Shown in pieces: positions 20,661 through 35,904 of a stretch of 64,000 nt of DNA (position 1 is the first letter of the stretch; every line of letters begins with the position of its first letter). Position numbers and translations under genes: made by a program. The stretch is from an uncultured Solirubrobacteraceae bacterium (GTDB taxonomy: Bacteria; Actinomycetota; Thermoleophilia; Solirubrobacterales; Solirubrobacteraceae). The stretch lies in NCBI GenBank assembly GCA_963846015.1, contig CAWJUE010000005.1, positions 81,466-145,465 on the forward strand, written 5' to 3'. The notes below the pieces were generated by a model, which saw only the letters and a program-made list of their open reading frames with translations, was not told where the DNA came from and searched no databases.

Positions 20661-20672
20661 TGACGGCCCGAC

Positions 20673-21059
20673 ATGACGTCCGTGCTCCGCAAGCTCGCCG
20701 GTCCGTTCTTCATCGGCGCCGGCGCGTTGCACTTCGTCAAGCCCGTGCCCTACCGGGCGATCGTGCCGCCCTATATCCCCGCGCCGGATGCGATGGTCGC
20801 GCTGTCGGGCGTTGCGGAGGCCGCCGGCGGCGCCGGGCTGCTGGTGCCGACGACGCGACGCTGGGCGGGCTGGTGGCTGGTGGCGACGCTGATCGCGATC
20901 TTCCCGGCCAACATCGAGATGGCGCTGCATCCCGAGCGCTACGAGCAGCACGTGCCCGGCGGCCGCGCCGGGCTTTACGCCCGGCTGCCGTTCCAGGCGG
21001 TGTTCATCGCCTGGGTGCTGGCCGCGGCCCACGGCCCAGCCACGGAGGTACAGCCGTGA
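20673..21059 (+). CDS. DoxX-like membrane protein
   Basis: [33 protein letters not shown]. Confidence 0.85.
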   Translation: MTSVLRKLAGPFFIGAGALHFVKPVPYRAIVPPYIPAPDAMVALSGVAEAAGGAGLLVPTTRRWAGWWLVATLIAIFPANIEMALHPERYEQHVPGGRAGLYARLPFQAVFIAWVLAAAHGPATEVQP

Positions 21060-23324
21060 TCGGACAGCGCGTTCGTCGGCGGGAGGATCCGCGGTTTCTG
21101 ACCGGCAACGGTCGCTACGTCGACGACCTGGAGCTCGACGGGGCGCTGTGGGCGACGTTCGTGCGCTCCGAGTACGCGCACGCCACGATCACCGAGATCG
21201 ACACCTCCGAGCTGCCCGACGGCGCCCAGGTGTTCACCGCGGCCGACGTCGATCTGAGGCCAACGCCGCCGCCGCACCCCGCGATCGATTCGCAGATGGG
21301 ACGGCCGCCGCTTGCGTCCGGCAAGGCGCGGTTCGTCGGCGAGATCATCGCGGTCGTCGTCACCGACACGGCCGCCACGGGCGTCGACGCGGCCGAACGT
21401 GTCTGGGCCGAGATGGAGCCGCTGCCCGCGGTCACCGACGAGCGTGAGGCGATCAAGGACGAGATGCTGCTGTTCGAGGATGCCGGCACCAACGTCGCGA
21501 TGGCCGACGGTCCGACCGAGCCCAGCGCGGACCTGTTCGACGGCTGCGAGGTCGTCGTCGAGGGCGAGCTCAACAGCCAGCGGATCCACGTCGCGCCGAT
21601 CGAGCCGCGGGCGACCGCGGCCGTCTGGGAGCACGGCAGGCTGCGGATCTGGCTCTCGACCCAGACGCCCCACCAGGACCGAGACGCGCTGGCCCAGGCG
21701 CTCGGCGTCGAGCTCGACCGCGTGCACGTGATCGCGCCTGACGTCGGCGGCGGCTTCGGCGGCAAGGGGCTGCTGCCCGAGGACGTGCTGGTCGCGTGGC
21801 TGGCGCGCAAGCTCGACCGGCCGGTGCGCTGGACCGAGACGCGCTCCGAGCACATGGTCGCGATGGGCCACGGCCGCGGAGAGCGGATGTGGTTCACGCT
21901 CGGCGGCGATCGCGACGGGACCCTGAAGGCGCTGTATCTGCGGCTGCTGCAGGACTCCGGCGCCTACCCCGGGATCGGCGCGATCCTGCCGACGTTGACG
22001 CGGCTGATGGCGTCCGGCGTGTACCGGATTCCGCGGATCGAGGTCCGGTTTGACTCGGTCGTGACGAACACGAGCCCGACCGCGGCGCTGCGCGGCGCCG
22101 GCCGTCCCGAGGCCACGCAGGTGCTGGAGCGCGCGGTCGACGCGTTCGCCGCCGAGGCCGGGCTCGATCCCGCGGAGCTGCGGCGCACGAACTTCATCGG
22201 CGCCGACGAGTTCCCGTACACGACCGTCGTCGGCGCGACCTACGACGTCGGCGACTACCGACTGGTGCTCGACACGGCGCTGGAGACCGCCGGCTACGAC
22301 GAGCTGCGCGCCGAGCAGGCGCAGCGGCGCCGCAAGCGGACGACCCGAAGCTGCTCGGGATCGGCATGTCGACCTACGTCGAGATCACCAACGGGATCGG
22401 CGAGAGCGAGTTCGGCGCGGTCGAGATGACGCCCGAGGGCGACGCGATCGTCAAGACCGGCTCGTTCTCCCACGGCCAGGGCCACGAGACGACGTTCGCG
22501 CAGATCGCCGCCGCGCAGATGGGGCTGCCGGTCGAGCGGGTGACGGTGATCAAGGGCGACACCGACCGGGTCGCGCGCGGGACCGGCACCTACGGCTCGA
22601 AGTCGACCCAGATCGGCGGCGCGGCCGCCCGTCAGGCCGCCGAGGAGCTCGTCGAGAAGGCCAAGGAGCTGGCCGCCGAGCAGCTCGAGGCCGACCCCGC
22701 AGGACATGGTGCTGGAGCTCGGCGCAGGCACGTTCCACGTCACCGGCGCGCCGCAGCCCGTCGCTGGACTGGTCCGAGCTCGCCGGGCGACTGCACGCGG
22801 CCGGGCGGCTGCCCGAGCTAGCGTCGAGACCGACTTCAAGGCCAATCAGCCGACGTTCCCGTTCGGCGCGCACGTGGTCGTCGTCGAGGTCGACTCCGAG
22901 ACCGGCTCGGTGGCGCTGCGACGGGTGATCGCGGTCGACGACGCCGGGCACGATCATCAACCCGATGATCGCCGACGGTCAGATCCACGGCGGGGTCGCG
23001 GCTGGGCTCGCGCAGGCGCTGTTCGAGGAGTTCGCCTTCGACGCCGACGGCAACCCCCAGAACGCGAACTTCGTCACCTACTGCATCCCGGGTGCGACGG
23101 AGTTCCCGTCGTTCGAGCTCGTCCGCACCGAGACGCCGACGCCGGTCAACCCGCTCGGCGCCAAGGGGATCGGCGAGTCCGGGACGATCGGCTCGACGCC
23201 CGCGGCGCTGAACGCGGTGATCGACGCGCTGTCGCACCTGGGCGTGCGCTCGATCGAGATGCCCGCCAACGGCGAGCGGGTGTGGCGGGCGATCCAGGAC
23301 GCCCGCGCGGGCGCGACCGGCTGA
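21056..23324 (+). CDS. Xanthine dehydrogenase/CoxL-family molybdopterin-binding large subunit (frameshifts)
   Basis: RRREDPRFLTGNGRYVDD, DVGGGFGGKG, ALRGAGRPEA, HGQGHET, GTYGSKS, NPLGAKGIGESG. Confidence 0.9.
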
Positions 23325-23347
23325 GCGGCGGCTGAGCGGCGGCAGTC

Positions 23348-24098
23348 GTGACTGAGCCGTCCAGGGCGATCCTGCCGCGGCCCGACGGCGTGCGCGCGTT
23401 CGACGGTCCAGGCGTTTGCCGGGATCGCCGACTGCGCGCCGAGCGGCCGCGTCCGGCTCGACGCCCTCGCGCGCTGGCTGCAGGACATCGCCTACGCCGA
23501 CGTGCTCGACGCCGGCCTTGAGTCGGTCGCGGTGTGGGTCGTCCGGCGCACGCGGATTCGCGTCAACCGCTGGCCGCGGTTCGCCGAGCGCTTCGAGCTG
23601 ACGACGTTCTGCAGCGGGCTCGGGCGGATGTGGGCCGAGCGGCGGACCGACGTCGTGCGGTCAGGGGCCGAGGCGCCCGACGTCGAGGCGGTCTCGCTAT
23701 GGGTCCACCTGCGATCCGGAGCGGCGCCTGCCGTTCCCGCTGACCGAGACCGAGGTGAGCGCCTATTCGGGACCAGAGCCCCAGCGGCGGGTGACCGCGC
23801 GGCTGCGCCATCCGCTGCCGCCTGCGTCGTGCGGAGCGGCTCCGAGTGGACGTTCCGCGCGACCGAGTCAGACATCGCCGACCACGTCAACAACGCCGCC
23901 TACTGGCAGCCGCTCGAAGAGGAGCTGCTGCAACGCGATGCGGAGCCCGGTCCGGTCGACATCGAGCTCGAGTACCGGGCGCCCGCCCAGCCGGGCGTCA
24001 AACGCTGGCTGGCGGAGGGTGAGGCGCGGTGGATCGTCGGCGGGGGACAGGCCGGGGGCGAGGCGGAGCTGCACGCCTCGTTCCTGCTCAGGTCGTGA
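23348..24098 (+). CDS. Acyl-ACP thioesterase family protein (frameshifts)
   Basis: RLDALARWLQDIA, WVVRRT, WAERRT, DIADHVNNAAYW. Confidence 0.8.
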
Positions 24099-25054
24099 AG
24101 ACGATCTTGCCGACGACCTCGCCGCCGACAAGCGCCTCGAAGCCGGCGCGGGCGTCGGCCAGCGGCATCGTCGCGTGCCTGGTGGGGCGGATGTCGCGCT
24201 CCAGGCAGAAGCGGATCAGTCGCTCGAGCTCGTCGCGGGTGCCCATCGTCGAGCCGATCACGGACAGCTGCAGGAAGAACACGCGGGTCAGCTCGGCCGG
24301 CGGCGCGTCGCCGGAGGTGGCGCCGGAGATCACGAGCTTGCCGCCGGGCCGCAGCGAGCGGATCGAGTGCTGGAAGGTGGCCTCGCCGACGGTCTCCATC
24401 ACCGCGTCGACCCGCTCGGGCAGCCGCGCGCCGGACTCGAACGCCTGCTCGGCGCCGAGCGCCAGCGCCTGCTCGCGCTTGTCGGCGGTACGCGAGGTGA
24501 CCCACACGCGAGCGCCCGCCGCCGAGGCGAGCACGATCAGCGCGGTCGCGACGCCGCCGCCGGCGCCCTGGACGAGCACGGTCATCCCGGGAACGATCTC
24601 GCCGCGGGTGAACAGCATCCGGTAGGCGGTCAGCCACGCCGTCGGCAGGCACGCGGCGTCCTCGAACGACAGCTCGGCCGGCTTGCGCAGGACGTTGCGC
24701 TTCGGCACCGCAACCCGCTCGGCAAGCGCTCCCTGATGGCGCTCGGACAGCAGCGAACGACGCGGATCGAGCGTCTCGTCGCCGCGCCACGAGTCTGACG
24801 AGATGACCGCGTGCACGAGCACCTCGTCGCCGTTCTCGTCGATCCCGGCGGCGTCGCAGCCGAGGATCATCGGCAGCTGTTCGGCGCCCAGGCCGACGCC
24901 GCGCAGCGACCACAGGTCGTGGTGGTTGAGCGCCGCGGCCTTGACCGTGACGGTCGTCCAGCCGGGTCGGGACCTCAGGTTCCGGGCGGTCTCCGACGAC
25001 GAGCCCGGAGAGCGGGTCGTCGGGGTTGATCGAGGCGGCGTAGACGGCGAGCAT
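24088..25054 (-). CDS. Zn-independent MDR / NADPH:quinone oxidoreductase-like (frameshift ~24965)
   Basis: AAALNHHDLW, ILGCDAAG, ACLPTAWLTAYRML, VLVQGAGGGVA, GSTMG. Confidence 0.88.
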
Positions 25055-25105
25055 GCCGCGAACCGTATCGATCTGGTGTCCTCCGAGGCTGGCACACTGC
25101 GCCCG

Positions 25106-25543
25106 ATGGGCAAGGTGAAAGCAAGCGCCAGCGTGCAGCTGGAGGCGGCTCCGGACCGGGTGCTGTCGTTCCTGCGCGACTACCGGGACAACCGTCCGCG
25201 GATCCTGACCGACAACTACACCGCCTACCGCGTCGAGCAGGGCGGCAAGGGCGACGGCACCGTGTACGCGTATCACTTCGCGGCGGGCGGCCGCGAGCGC
25301 GACTACCGGCTCCACGTGCAGCGAGCCGGGGTCGCGGCTGGAGGAGGCCGACCAGATGTCGTCGTTTCGATCGGTCTGGTCGGTTGACCCGGCCCCGGGT
25401 GGCTCGCGGGTCACGATCGAGAGCTCGTGGGACGGCGCCGGCGGGATCGCGGGGGTGTTCGAGGGGTTCTTTGCGCCCAAGGGGCTGCGGCGGATCTACG
25501 CGCAGATGCTGGCGCGGCTGAAGGAACGAGCTCGGCGCGCTGA
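25106..25543 (+). CDS. SRPBCC/START-like polyketide cyclase family protein (frameshifts)
   Basis: DYRDNRPRILT..YRVEQGGKGDGT, W(D)GAGGIAGVFEGFFAPKGLRRIY. Confidence 0.78.
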
Positions 25544-25664
25544 CGCCGATTCGCAGCCGACATCGCGCCTGGCACGATCGGTCGTCGCCGATGCTGCTAT
25601 CCCAGTGGAGCCCGGGTCCCAGCCCGGGTGCCGGCAGTGCGGCAGTGCCGTCGCCGCTCGATCG

Positions 25665-27247
25665 ATGACCGACCACGCGCCTCAGCCCCCAGTGAGCCCG
25701 TTCGCCGAGCCGTCCCCCCGGATCGACCGGCGCGGGTTCCTCGTCGCGCTGGGCGCCGGCGGCGCCGCGGCTTCGATCGCCGCGTGTGGCGGCTCGGCCG
25801 CGACGCCAACGCACCCCGGCCACCGCCGGCGAATCACGCCGACGCTACCCGCGACCGAGTCACGGCGCCTGCTGTCGGTGCCCGAGCTCAAGCCGCCTCC
25901 GATCGAGGTCACCAAACGCCCGTCGGGGCCGCAGTTCGGCACCTACGTGTTCACCGACGTGCACGCGGGCAATGGTCAGCAGGGGCCGCTGATCATCGAC
26001 CGCGCAGGCCGGCTCGTCTACTTCAAGCCGGTCTCCGGCAGGGGCACGACCACCCGGCGCGCGTTCAACGTCCGTGTCCAGGACTACCAGGGTGAGCCGG
26101 TGCTGACGCACTGGATCGGCGCGACCGTGTACGGGCACGGCCAGGGTCACTACGAGCTCTACGACCAGCGCTACCGGCTGGTCGCGCAGGTGCACGCCGG
26201 CAACGGCTACCTCGGCGACCTGCACGAGTTCAAGCTGACCAACCGCGGCACCGCGTTACTGACCGCGTACGGCGAGGGGATCGGCGACCTGCCCGCCGGG
26301 CCGGACGGTCCGGCGCGCGTCGGACCGTACTTCTACGGCGTCGCCCAGGAGGTCGAGATCGCGACCGGCAAGGTCCTGCTGCAATGGCGCAGCAACGATC
26401 ACGTCCTGTTGTCGGCGTCCCATGAAGCGGTGCCCCGGCCGGACCGCGCGCGATCTGGGACTACTTTCACATCAACTGCATCGCGGTCGATCCCGACGAC
26501 GACAACCTGATCATCAGCGGCCGCCACACCTGGTCGTTCTACAAGGTCGATCGCCACAGCGGAGACGTGATCTGGACGTGTGGCGGGCGCGACAGCGACT
26601 TCGAGATGGGCCCGGACACGCACTTCGCCTTCCAGCACCACGTCGTCCCACATCCGCACGGCATCTTCACGATCTTCGACAACGAGGGCGGGCCGCCGAA
26701 CGAGGCCGCGCCAGTCCCGCGCGCTGGTGCTGCGCCTCGACGAGCGGCGGCGCCAGGCCAGCTTCGTGCGCCAGTACCGGCACCGTCCACCGGTCCTGTC
26801 CGAGGCCGAGGGGTCGGTGCAGCCGCTGGGTACCTACCCCGGCAACGTGTTCGTCGGCTGGGGTGACTCGACCTACTTCACCGAGTACGACCGCGACGGC
26901 GACGTCGTGCTCGACGCGCGGCTGAACGCGCCCGGGGTGCTCTCGTACCGCGCCTTCCAGGACGCCTGGCGCGGGACTCCGCAGACCGCTCCGAGACTGG
27001 CCGTCGCCCGGAGGGGCCACGGCGCGCGCCTGTACGCGAGTTGGAACGGCTCGACCGAGCACCGCAGCTGGCGCGTGCTCGGCGGCCGGACGAGCACGCC
27101 TTGTCGACGCTCGGGATCAGCAGCTCACACGGGTTCGAGACTGAGATCCGGCTGGGCCACGCGCCCAGCCACCTGGCGGTCGAGGCGGTGGGTGGGTCCG
27201 GCGACGCCGCGCTGGGCCGCTCGGCCGTCGTCGTGATGGGCCCATGA
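25665..27247 (+). CDS. Tat-exported lipoprotein arylsulfotransferase (ASST-like) 1, frameshifts
   Basis: DRRGFL Tat motif, IAAC lipobox; VQDYQGEPVLTHW, DLHEF, WDYFHIN, FQHH, FDN, SYRAF, YASWNG. Confidence 0.85.
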
Positions 27248-28785
27248 CCGAGCGCAGGGATCAGCCGCCGCCGTCCAGGGCGATCGACCGGCGGCGGTTC
27301 CTGGCGACGGCCGGCGCTGCCGCCGGCGCCGCGGCCGGGCTGGCCGCCTGTCGCTCGGCGGGCGGCCCGGCGACTGGCTTGACCGGGGGTTCCGGCGCTG
27401 CCCCGCCGGCCCGGCACCGTTCCACACCCGCCCGGACCTGCAGCCGCCCACGATCCACGTCGCCACGGCAGCGGCGCGGCGAACGTCTGACGACCATGTG
27501 TTCACCGACGTGCACGCCGGCACCGGTCAACAGGGAGCGCTGATCATCGACCGCCGCGGCGAACTGGCCTACTTCGAGCCGGTCTCGGACCACGGCGGCA
27601 ACGGCCGGCGGGTCTTCAACGTCCGCGTCCAGGAATACCAGGGCGAGCCGGTGATGACGTATTGGTTGGGCGCGATGGTGTCCGGCCACGGCCAGGGGAG
27701 CTACTACCTCTACGACCAGAGCTACCGTCAGGTCGCCGAGGTCAGGGCCGGCAACGGCTACCTGGGCGATCTGCACGAGTTCCGGCTGACGCCGCGCGGC
27801 ACGGCGCTGCTGACGGCCTACGGCACCGCCGATGCCGAGATCACGAGCTCGGATGTCGCCGGCGGATCGCACCACGGGCCGTATTTCTACGGAATCGCGC
27901 AGGAGGTCGACGTCGCGACCGGGCGGGTGCTGTTGCAGTGGCGCTCGGACAACCACGTCCCGTTGGAGGCGTCTCACGAGCTGCCGCCGGACTCGGCCGC
28001 CAACAGCTGGGACTACTTCCACATCAACTCGATCGAAGTCGATCCCGACGACGGCAATTTGATCATCTCGGGACGCAACTGCTGGGCGTTCTACAAGGTC
28101 GATCGCCATACCGGCGAGGTGATCTGGCGCTGCGGGGGCCGCGACAGCGACTTCCAGATGGGGCCGGGCACGACATTCCGCTTCCAGCACCACGTCGTCC
28201 CCCACGGCCACGGCGTGTTCACCGTGTTCGACAACGAGGGCGGGCCGCCGCAGGAGGAGAGCCAGTCACGGGGCCTCGTGCTGCACGTCGATGCGCGGCA
28301 CCGCCGAGTCCGGTTTCTACGTGCACTGCACCACCGCCCGGGCGTCTACTCGAGCGCGCTGGGCAGCGTTCAGAAGCTCGGGCACGGCGGCATCTTCATG
28401 GGCTGGGGCGTATCGACCTGGTTCACCGAGTACGACCGCCACGGCCGGGTCATGCTGGATGCGCGGCTGGAACCAGTCGGCGTCAACTCCTATCGAGCGT
28501 TCCAGCATCGCTGGAGCGGTCACCCCCACTGGCCGCCGCGGATCGCGGTGCAGCGGTCCGGCCGCCGCGCCACCGTGTACGTCAGCTGGAACGGCGCCAC
28601 CCTGCACCGGTCCTGGCAGGTGCTCGGCGGCGACGATCCGAGTGGCCTGCAGCCGATCCAGACCCACGCGCGTGGACGGCTTTGAGACCGCGATCGCGCT
28701 CGACGACGCGCCCGCCTGGATTGCCGTCGCGGCGATCGACGAGAACGATCAGCAGCTGGCGCTGTCGGAATCGATCCGCGCCTGA
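27244..28785 (+). CDS. Tat-exported lipoprotein arylsulfotransferase (ASST-like) 2, frameshifts
   Basis: DRRRFL, LAAC; paralogue with WDYFHINSI, FQHH, FDNEG, GSVQ, SYRAF, YVSWNGAT, GFET. Confidence 0.87.
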
Positions 28786-28787
28786 GA

Positions 28788-30366
28788 TCACGGAAACTGC
28801 GTCAGGTGCTCGGCGATCTCGCATGATTCCGGGCCACGGCAGTGCTCGAGTCGCCGCAGTTGCTTCTGCAGCCGCGTCCGCTTGGTCGAGCTCAGTGACC
28901 CGTAGACGTTGAACAGCTCGTAGGGGTCGGTGACCAGGTCGTAGTACTCGTGTTGGCCGTTGTCGTAGTCGACGTACAGGAAGTGTCGGGTGCGCAGCGC
29001 CTCATACGTGGTCGGGTTGCCGCTGTCGTAGTTCTGGGCATCGGGGTCCGCCTCGGTGTTCGCCACCGGTCCGCGGTGCTCGACCAGGACGGCGTTCTGC
29101 CAGCCGGGCGGCGTGCGCCCGTGCAGCAGCGGCAGCAGCGAGTCGCCGTCGTTGCGCGAATGGGTGCCGGCGAGCGCCTCGAACGTGCTGGCGAGGTCGA
29201 TGTTCTCGGTGATCCCCTCGATCCGGGCGCCGGCGGGGATCCCCGGACCGGCGAACACCAGCGGCACGCGGATGTCGGTCGTGAACGCGGTCAGCTTGCC
29301 CGGCAGCAGCCGGTGCTCGCCGGTGTGCAGCCCGTTGTCAGAGCTGAACACGATGTCGGTGTGGCGCAGCTCACGGTGGGCCGCGAGCGCCGTCTCGATT
29401 CGAGCGATCATGTCGTCGATCGACTGCACGTCCTGGACGCGCAGGCGAAACGCGCGGTTGATCTCCCTGATCTGGGTGCGTGTCGAACGGCTGGTGGCCG
29501 CGCAGCCAGGTCGGCGCGTGGGTTGGCAACACGTCAAAGTCGGGTGGGCGCGGCGCCTGCAGACCCCGGAAGTCATGGCGGTAGCGGGGGGCGGGAACGT
29601 ACGGCTCATGCGGGGCGAACGTCGCGAGCTCCAGGAAGAACGGCTTGTGTGACCGCGACGCGTGATCGATGAACCTGACGCCCAGGCGCCCGAGCACGTC
29701 GGTCAGGTAATCGCGGGGCTTGGAGCCGTAGTAGCGGATCCGCCCGTTCTGATTCATGTGGTAGTGAAACTCGCTGTAGGCCTTACCGGCGACGTCCCAC
29801 TGGTTCCAGCCGGGCGGGACGTAGCGGGCTGGAAACGGGTCGCGCCTGGCGCCCTCGAGATACCCGTTCAGGTACTTGCCCATCATCGCGGTCGTATACC
29901 CGGCGCGCTGCAGATAGATGTTGAACGAGCGGCGCAGGTCGCCGTGATCGACGAACGCGGAGAAGCCGCCGTTGGGCGGCACGTTGGTGTAGACGTGCGT
30001 GTTGTGCGGGTACTCGCCGGTGAAGATCGACGAGCGCGACGCGCAGCACACCGAGTCGGTCACGAACTGGTTATCGAAGGTCACGCCCTCGTTCTCCAGC
30101 GCCTGCACCTGCGGCATGTACGCGATCAGGTTCAACGACAGGTCGTCGGTCAACACGAACACGATGTTCGGCCGGTGCCCGGGCCGGGTCAGCGTCCCGC
30201 CATGGCGGATCACGTTGCCCGGCTTGGCGGGCAGCTGGGTGAGCTTCGGAGGGCGCGGGCTCGAGCTCGAGAACGTGCCCGTCAGCACCAAGACGATGAT
30301 CGCGATCAGGGCCACGGTCAGTCCGGCGGCGACGGGGTCTCGGTACCTGCGCAGCTGTTCGTTCAC
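28788..30366 (-). CDS. Membrane-anchored formylglycine sulfatase (GlcNAc-6-sulfatase-like), frameshift ~29480
   Basis: N-terminal TM; PNIVFVLTDD, CCASRSSIFTG (CxAxR), GKYLNGY, FAPHEP, SSDNG..GEH..GK, EYYDLVTDPYEL. Confidence 0.9.
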
Positions 30367-30440
30367 TGCGAGCCGAGCCCACCGGAACGTAGAGTCATCG
30401 TGCGTCCTTGAGTCGACTCCGGCGAACCTTACCCACAACC

Positions 30441-31523
30441 ATGGACTCCTTCGCCACCATCCCCGCCGAGATCGAACGTCGCGTCACGCGCGGTGAACGC
30501 GTCGCGCTGATCATGATCGATGGACTCGGCGCCGAGCTGCTGGCGCGCTACGAGCACCACCCGTTTCCTCAGCGGCTGGCGCTGACGCCGCTGCGCAGCC
30601 AGTTCCCGGCGACCACGACCGCGCACGTGACGACGATCCACTACGGGCTGCCGGTCGAGCAGCACGGTCTGTACGAATGGAACATCCTCGAGCCGTCGCT
30701 GGGCGAGCTGATCTGCCCGCTGATGTTCGAGCTCGCCGGCGGACATCGGCAGGACGGGCTCACCGGGCGACTCGACCCCCGCGTGCTCGCCCCGGGGCCG
30801 ACGCTGTACGAGATGCTCGAGCCGCGATCACTCGTCGTCCAACCGCACTACATCGGTGGGTCGCAGTACACGTTGATGGCGACGCGCGGGGCCGAGCGGG
30901 CGGTGTTCGCCGACCTCGCCGACGGCGTGCGCCTGCTGATCAACGCGCTGACTGACCGCCGCGGCTATGGCTACGGCTTCCTCTACTGGGACCGGGTCGA
31001 CGCGGCCGGCCACGAGCACGGGCCGGACTCGCCGCAGTTCGACGCCGCCGCCCGGTCCGCGCTGGACGCGCTCGAGCTGACGCTCGGCTCAGACCGCGAC
31101 GCCCGCGTCGCAGAGCTGACCGTGCTGGTCTGCGCCGACCATGGCCAGGTCGCCGTCAGTCCCGAGCGGGTCGACTACCTCGACGAGCGGTGGCCCCAGC
31201 TGCCCGCGCTGCTCAGCCAGCAGCGCCCGGCCGGCTCCTCACGCGATGCGTTTCTGCACGTCGCGCCGGGACAGCTGGAAGCCGTGATCGACGGCCTCCG
31301 CGAGCGGCTCGACGGTCGCGCGCAGGTCCGGCCGGCCGCGGAGCTGTTCGGGTCGATCGGACCGCGGCTGGCGGCCCGGCTCGGGGACGTGGCGGTGTTG
31401 CCCGCGGCCGGCCGGCAGGTATGGATGCGGTCAGCCGCGGCGGGCGAGCGCTGGTTCCGCGGTCATCACGGCGGTTTCGAGGACCAGGAGGCGCTGACCT
31501 ACCTGGCCGAGCTGGTCGACTAA
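30441..31523 (+). CDS. Alkaline phosphatase superfamily / nucleotide pyrophosphatase-phosphodiesterase
   Basis: IDGLG, SQFPATT, DAAGH, ADHG, GHHGG. Confidence 0.85.
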   Translation: MDSFATIPAEIERRVTRGERVALIMIDGLGAELLARYEHHPFPQRLALTPLRSQFPATTTAHVTTIHYGLPVEQHGLYEWNILEPSLGELICPLMFELAGGHRQDGLTGRLDPRVLAPGPTLYEMLEPRSLVVQPHYIGGSQYTLMATRGAERAVFADLADGVRLLINALTDRRGYGYGFLYWDRVDAAGHEHGPDSPQFDAAARSALDALELTLGSDRDARVAELTVLVCADHGQVAVSPERVDYLDERWPQLPALLSQQRPAGSSRDAFLHVAPGQLEAVIDGLRERLDGRAQVRPAAELFGSIGPRLAARLGDVAVLPAAGRQVWMRSAAAGERWFRGHHGGFEDQEALTYLAELVD

Positions 31524-31713
31524 CCGGGCCGGCCGATCGTGCTCAGTACCGGAGTCACGTTCCCATGCCCACGCGGCGTGCCGGCGCTGCCGACGAACCG
31601 GTCCTGATCGGCGGCTGGACCGCGATCGGCGGGTCGGCAGGCGCGATACAGTGACCGCGGTGTCCGGTTGCTTTCCGGGCCTGCGGCCGGGCAGGCTTGC
31701 CCACGATCTGACC

Positions 31714-33157
31714 ATGAGGCGAGACGGTGGCGTGCGTGCGTCGGTCGCGCGGGCCCCCTTGGTGCTGGTCGCCGCGCTGATCTGCGCGCTGGCGCTCGCC
31801 CCCGGGTCAGGTCGCGCCGCGAACGTGCAGCTGTTCGCCGTGCCGACGGCCGGAGCGGGGCTGTCGAACATCGTCGCCGGCCCCGACGGAGCACTGTGGT
31901 TCAACGAGCAGAATGGGTTCGCCGTCGGGCGGATCACGACGGCCGGGGCGGTCACCGAGTTCCCGGTCCCGCGCGCGTCGTACAGCGCCAACGGCGACGG
32001 ACCAACGACGATCGTCTCGAGTGGCGGCAACCTGTGGACGCTGGCCAACGTCGGCTCGACGATCGACGAGATCTCGATCGCCGGGACGGTCACGCAGCTG
32101 TACGCCAACCTCAACCAGTCGGCGACGAACCTGGCGCCGGACAGCGCCGGTGGCGTCTGGGCGACGAGCCTGGCCGGTGCCGGCGGCGGGTCGGTGTCGG
32201 GCGGGCTGTTCCGGGTCGATCCTCCGACCGGCGCGGTTCGCAACTACCGCAATCCCCAGTTCACCGGCCAGTTTCAGCCAGTGCCGATTGTCGCCGGGCC
32301 TAACGGCACCGTCTGGTTCGCCGACGGTGGCGCCGCGATCAGGGAGGTCAACAACGCCGGCAAGATCACCTCGATCCCGATCCGACGGCTCGGGGTCGAT
32401 GCTCGTGACCTCGATCGCGTTCGATCGTCAAGGCGACCTGTGGTTCACCGAGTACGTGCCCGGCGGAGGCTTCGTCAGCTCCACCAAGGGCGCGATCGGC
32501 GAGATCCCGGCCGGCAGCCAGGCGGCGACGCTGACCCGGCTCCCCGGCAACCAGACCCCCGGCTCGATGGTCCTCGGCTCCGACGGTGGCATCTGGTTCA
32601 CCTGGTCACGCGGGATCGGGCGGCTGGCGACCCAGACCGGCGCGAGGCAGGTGGTCAAGCTCGGCCGCTCCTACCACCCGTCGTCGATCGCGTTCGGCTC
32701 CGATCACAACCTCTGGTTCGTCGATTCGCAGGCCGGCGACATCGGCCAGGTGCAGGTCTCCCAGCTCGCGATCGGGAACCAGACGCCGGTGCCCACGCCC
32801 GCCGTGAGACTCGCCCCGGGCAGGCTCGCGGCCGTCGCTGCCGATCGGCGGCTGTCGCTCACCTGCCGGCTGTCGGCGGCCGCCCGGTGCGCCGTGACGG
32901 CGACGCTGACGGCTGCCACCGCGCACCGGCTCAAGCTCGAGCCCAAGCAGGCCAGGCACCCGATCTCGCTGGGCACGGCGACCGGGACGGCGCGTAAGCG
33001 CGGCACCGTCAAGCTGGCGATCCGCTTGTCCGGGAGCGTCGCGGCGGCGTTCGCCGGTCCGGGGTCTCGAAGGTGCCGGTGTCGCTGACCGCGAAGGCGA
33101 CGATCGTCACCGGGCGCTCGGCCGTCGTCGACCCGTACGGTCACGCTGCGCCGCTGA
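31714..33157 (+). CDS. Secreted Vgb-lyase-like beta-propeller protein with C-terminal beta domain (frameshifts)
   Basis: Signal peptide; repeated IVAGPDGALWF / GPNGTVWF / GSDGGIWF / GSDHNLWF blades. Confidence 0.8.
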
Positions 33158-33194
33158 GGGCCGCCACGCTATCACCGGCGCTGCCCTCGCCACC

Positions 33195-35835
<2,641 letters not shown>

Positions 35836-35904
35836 GCAGCGGCATCCTACCGCCGGCACCGCTCGCCAGCCGCCCCAGGCTGAGACAGCCCGGACGGCTG
35901 AGCG

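Noticed and set aside
21056-23324. True aerobic CO dehydrogenase (form I coxL)
   Set aside because: Lacks AYxCSFR and has no adjacent coxM/coxS.
25356-26510. SRPBCC-arylsulfotransferase fusion suggested by the ORF track
   Set aside because: An internal Tat signal at 25665 and a near-frame stop at 25541-25543 indicate two genes joined by an indel.
31714-33157. Virginiamycin B resistance lyase
   Set aside because: Has a signal peptide and extra C-terminal domain; only the propeller repeat is shared with cytoplasmic Vgb.
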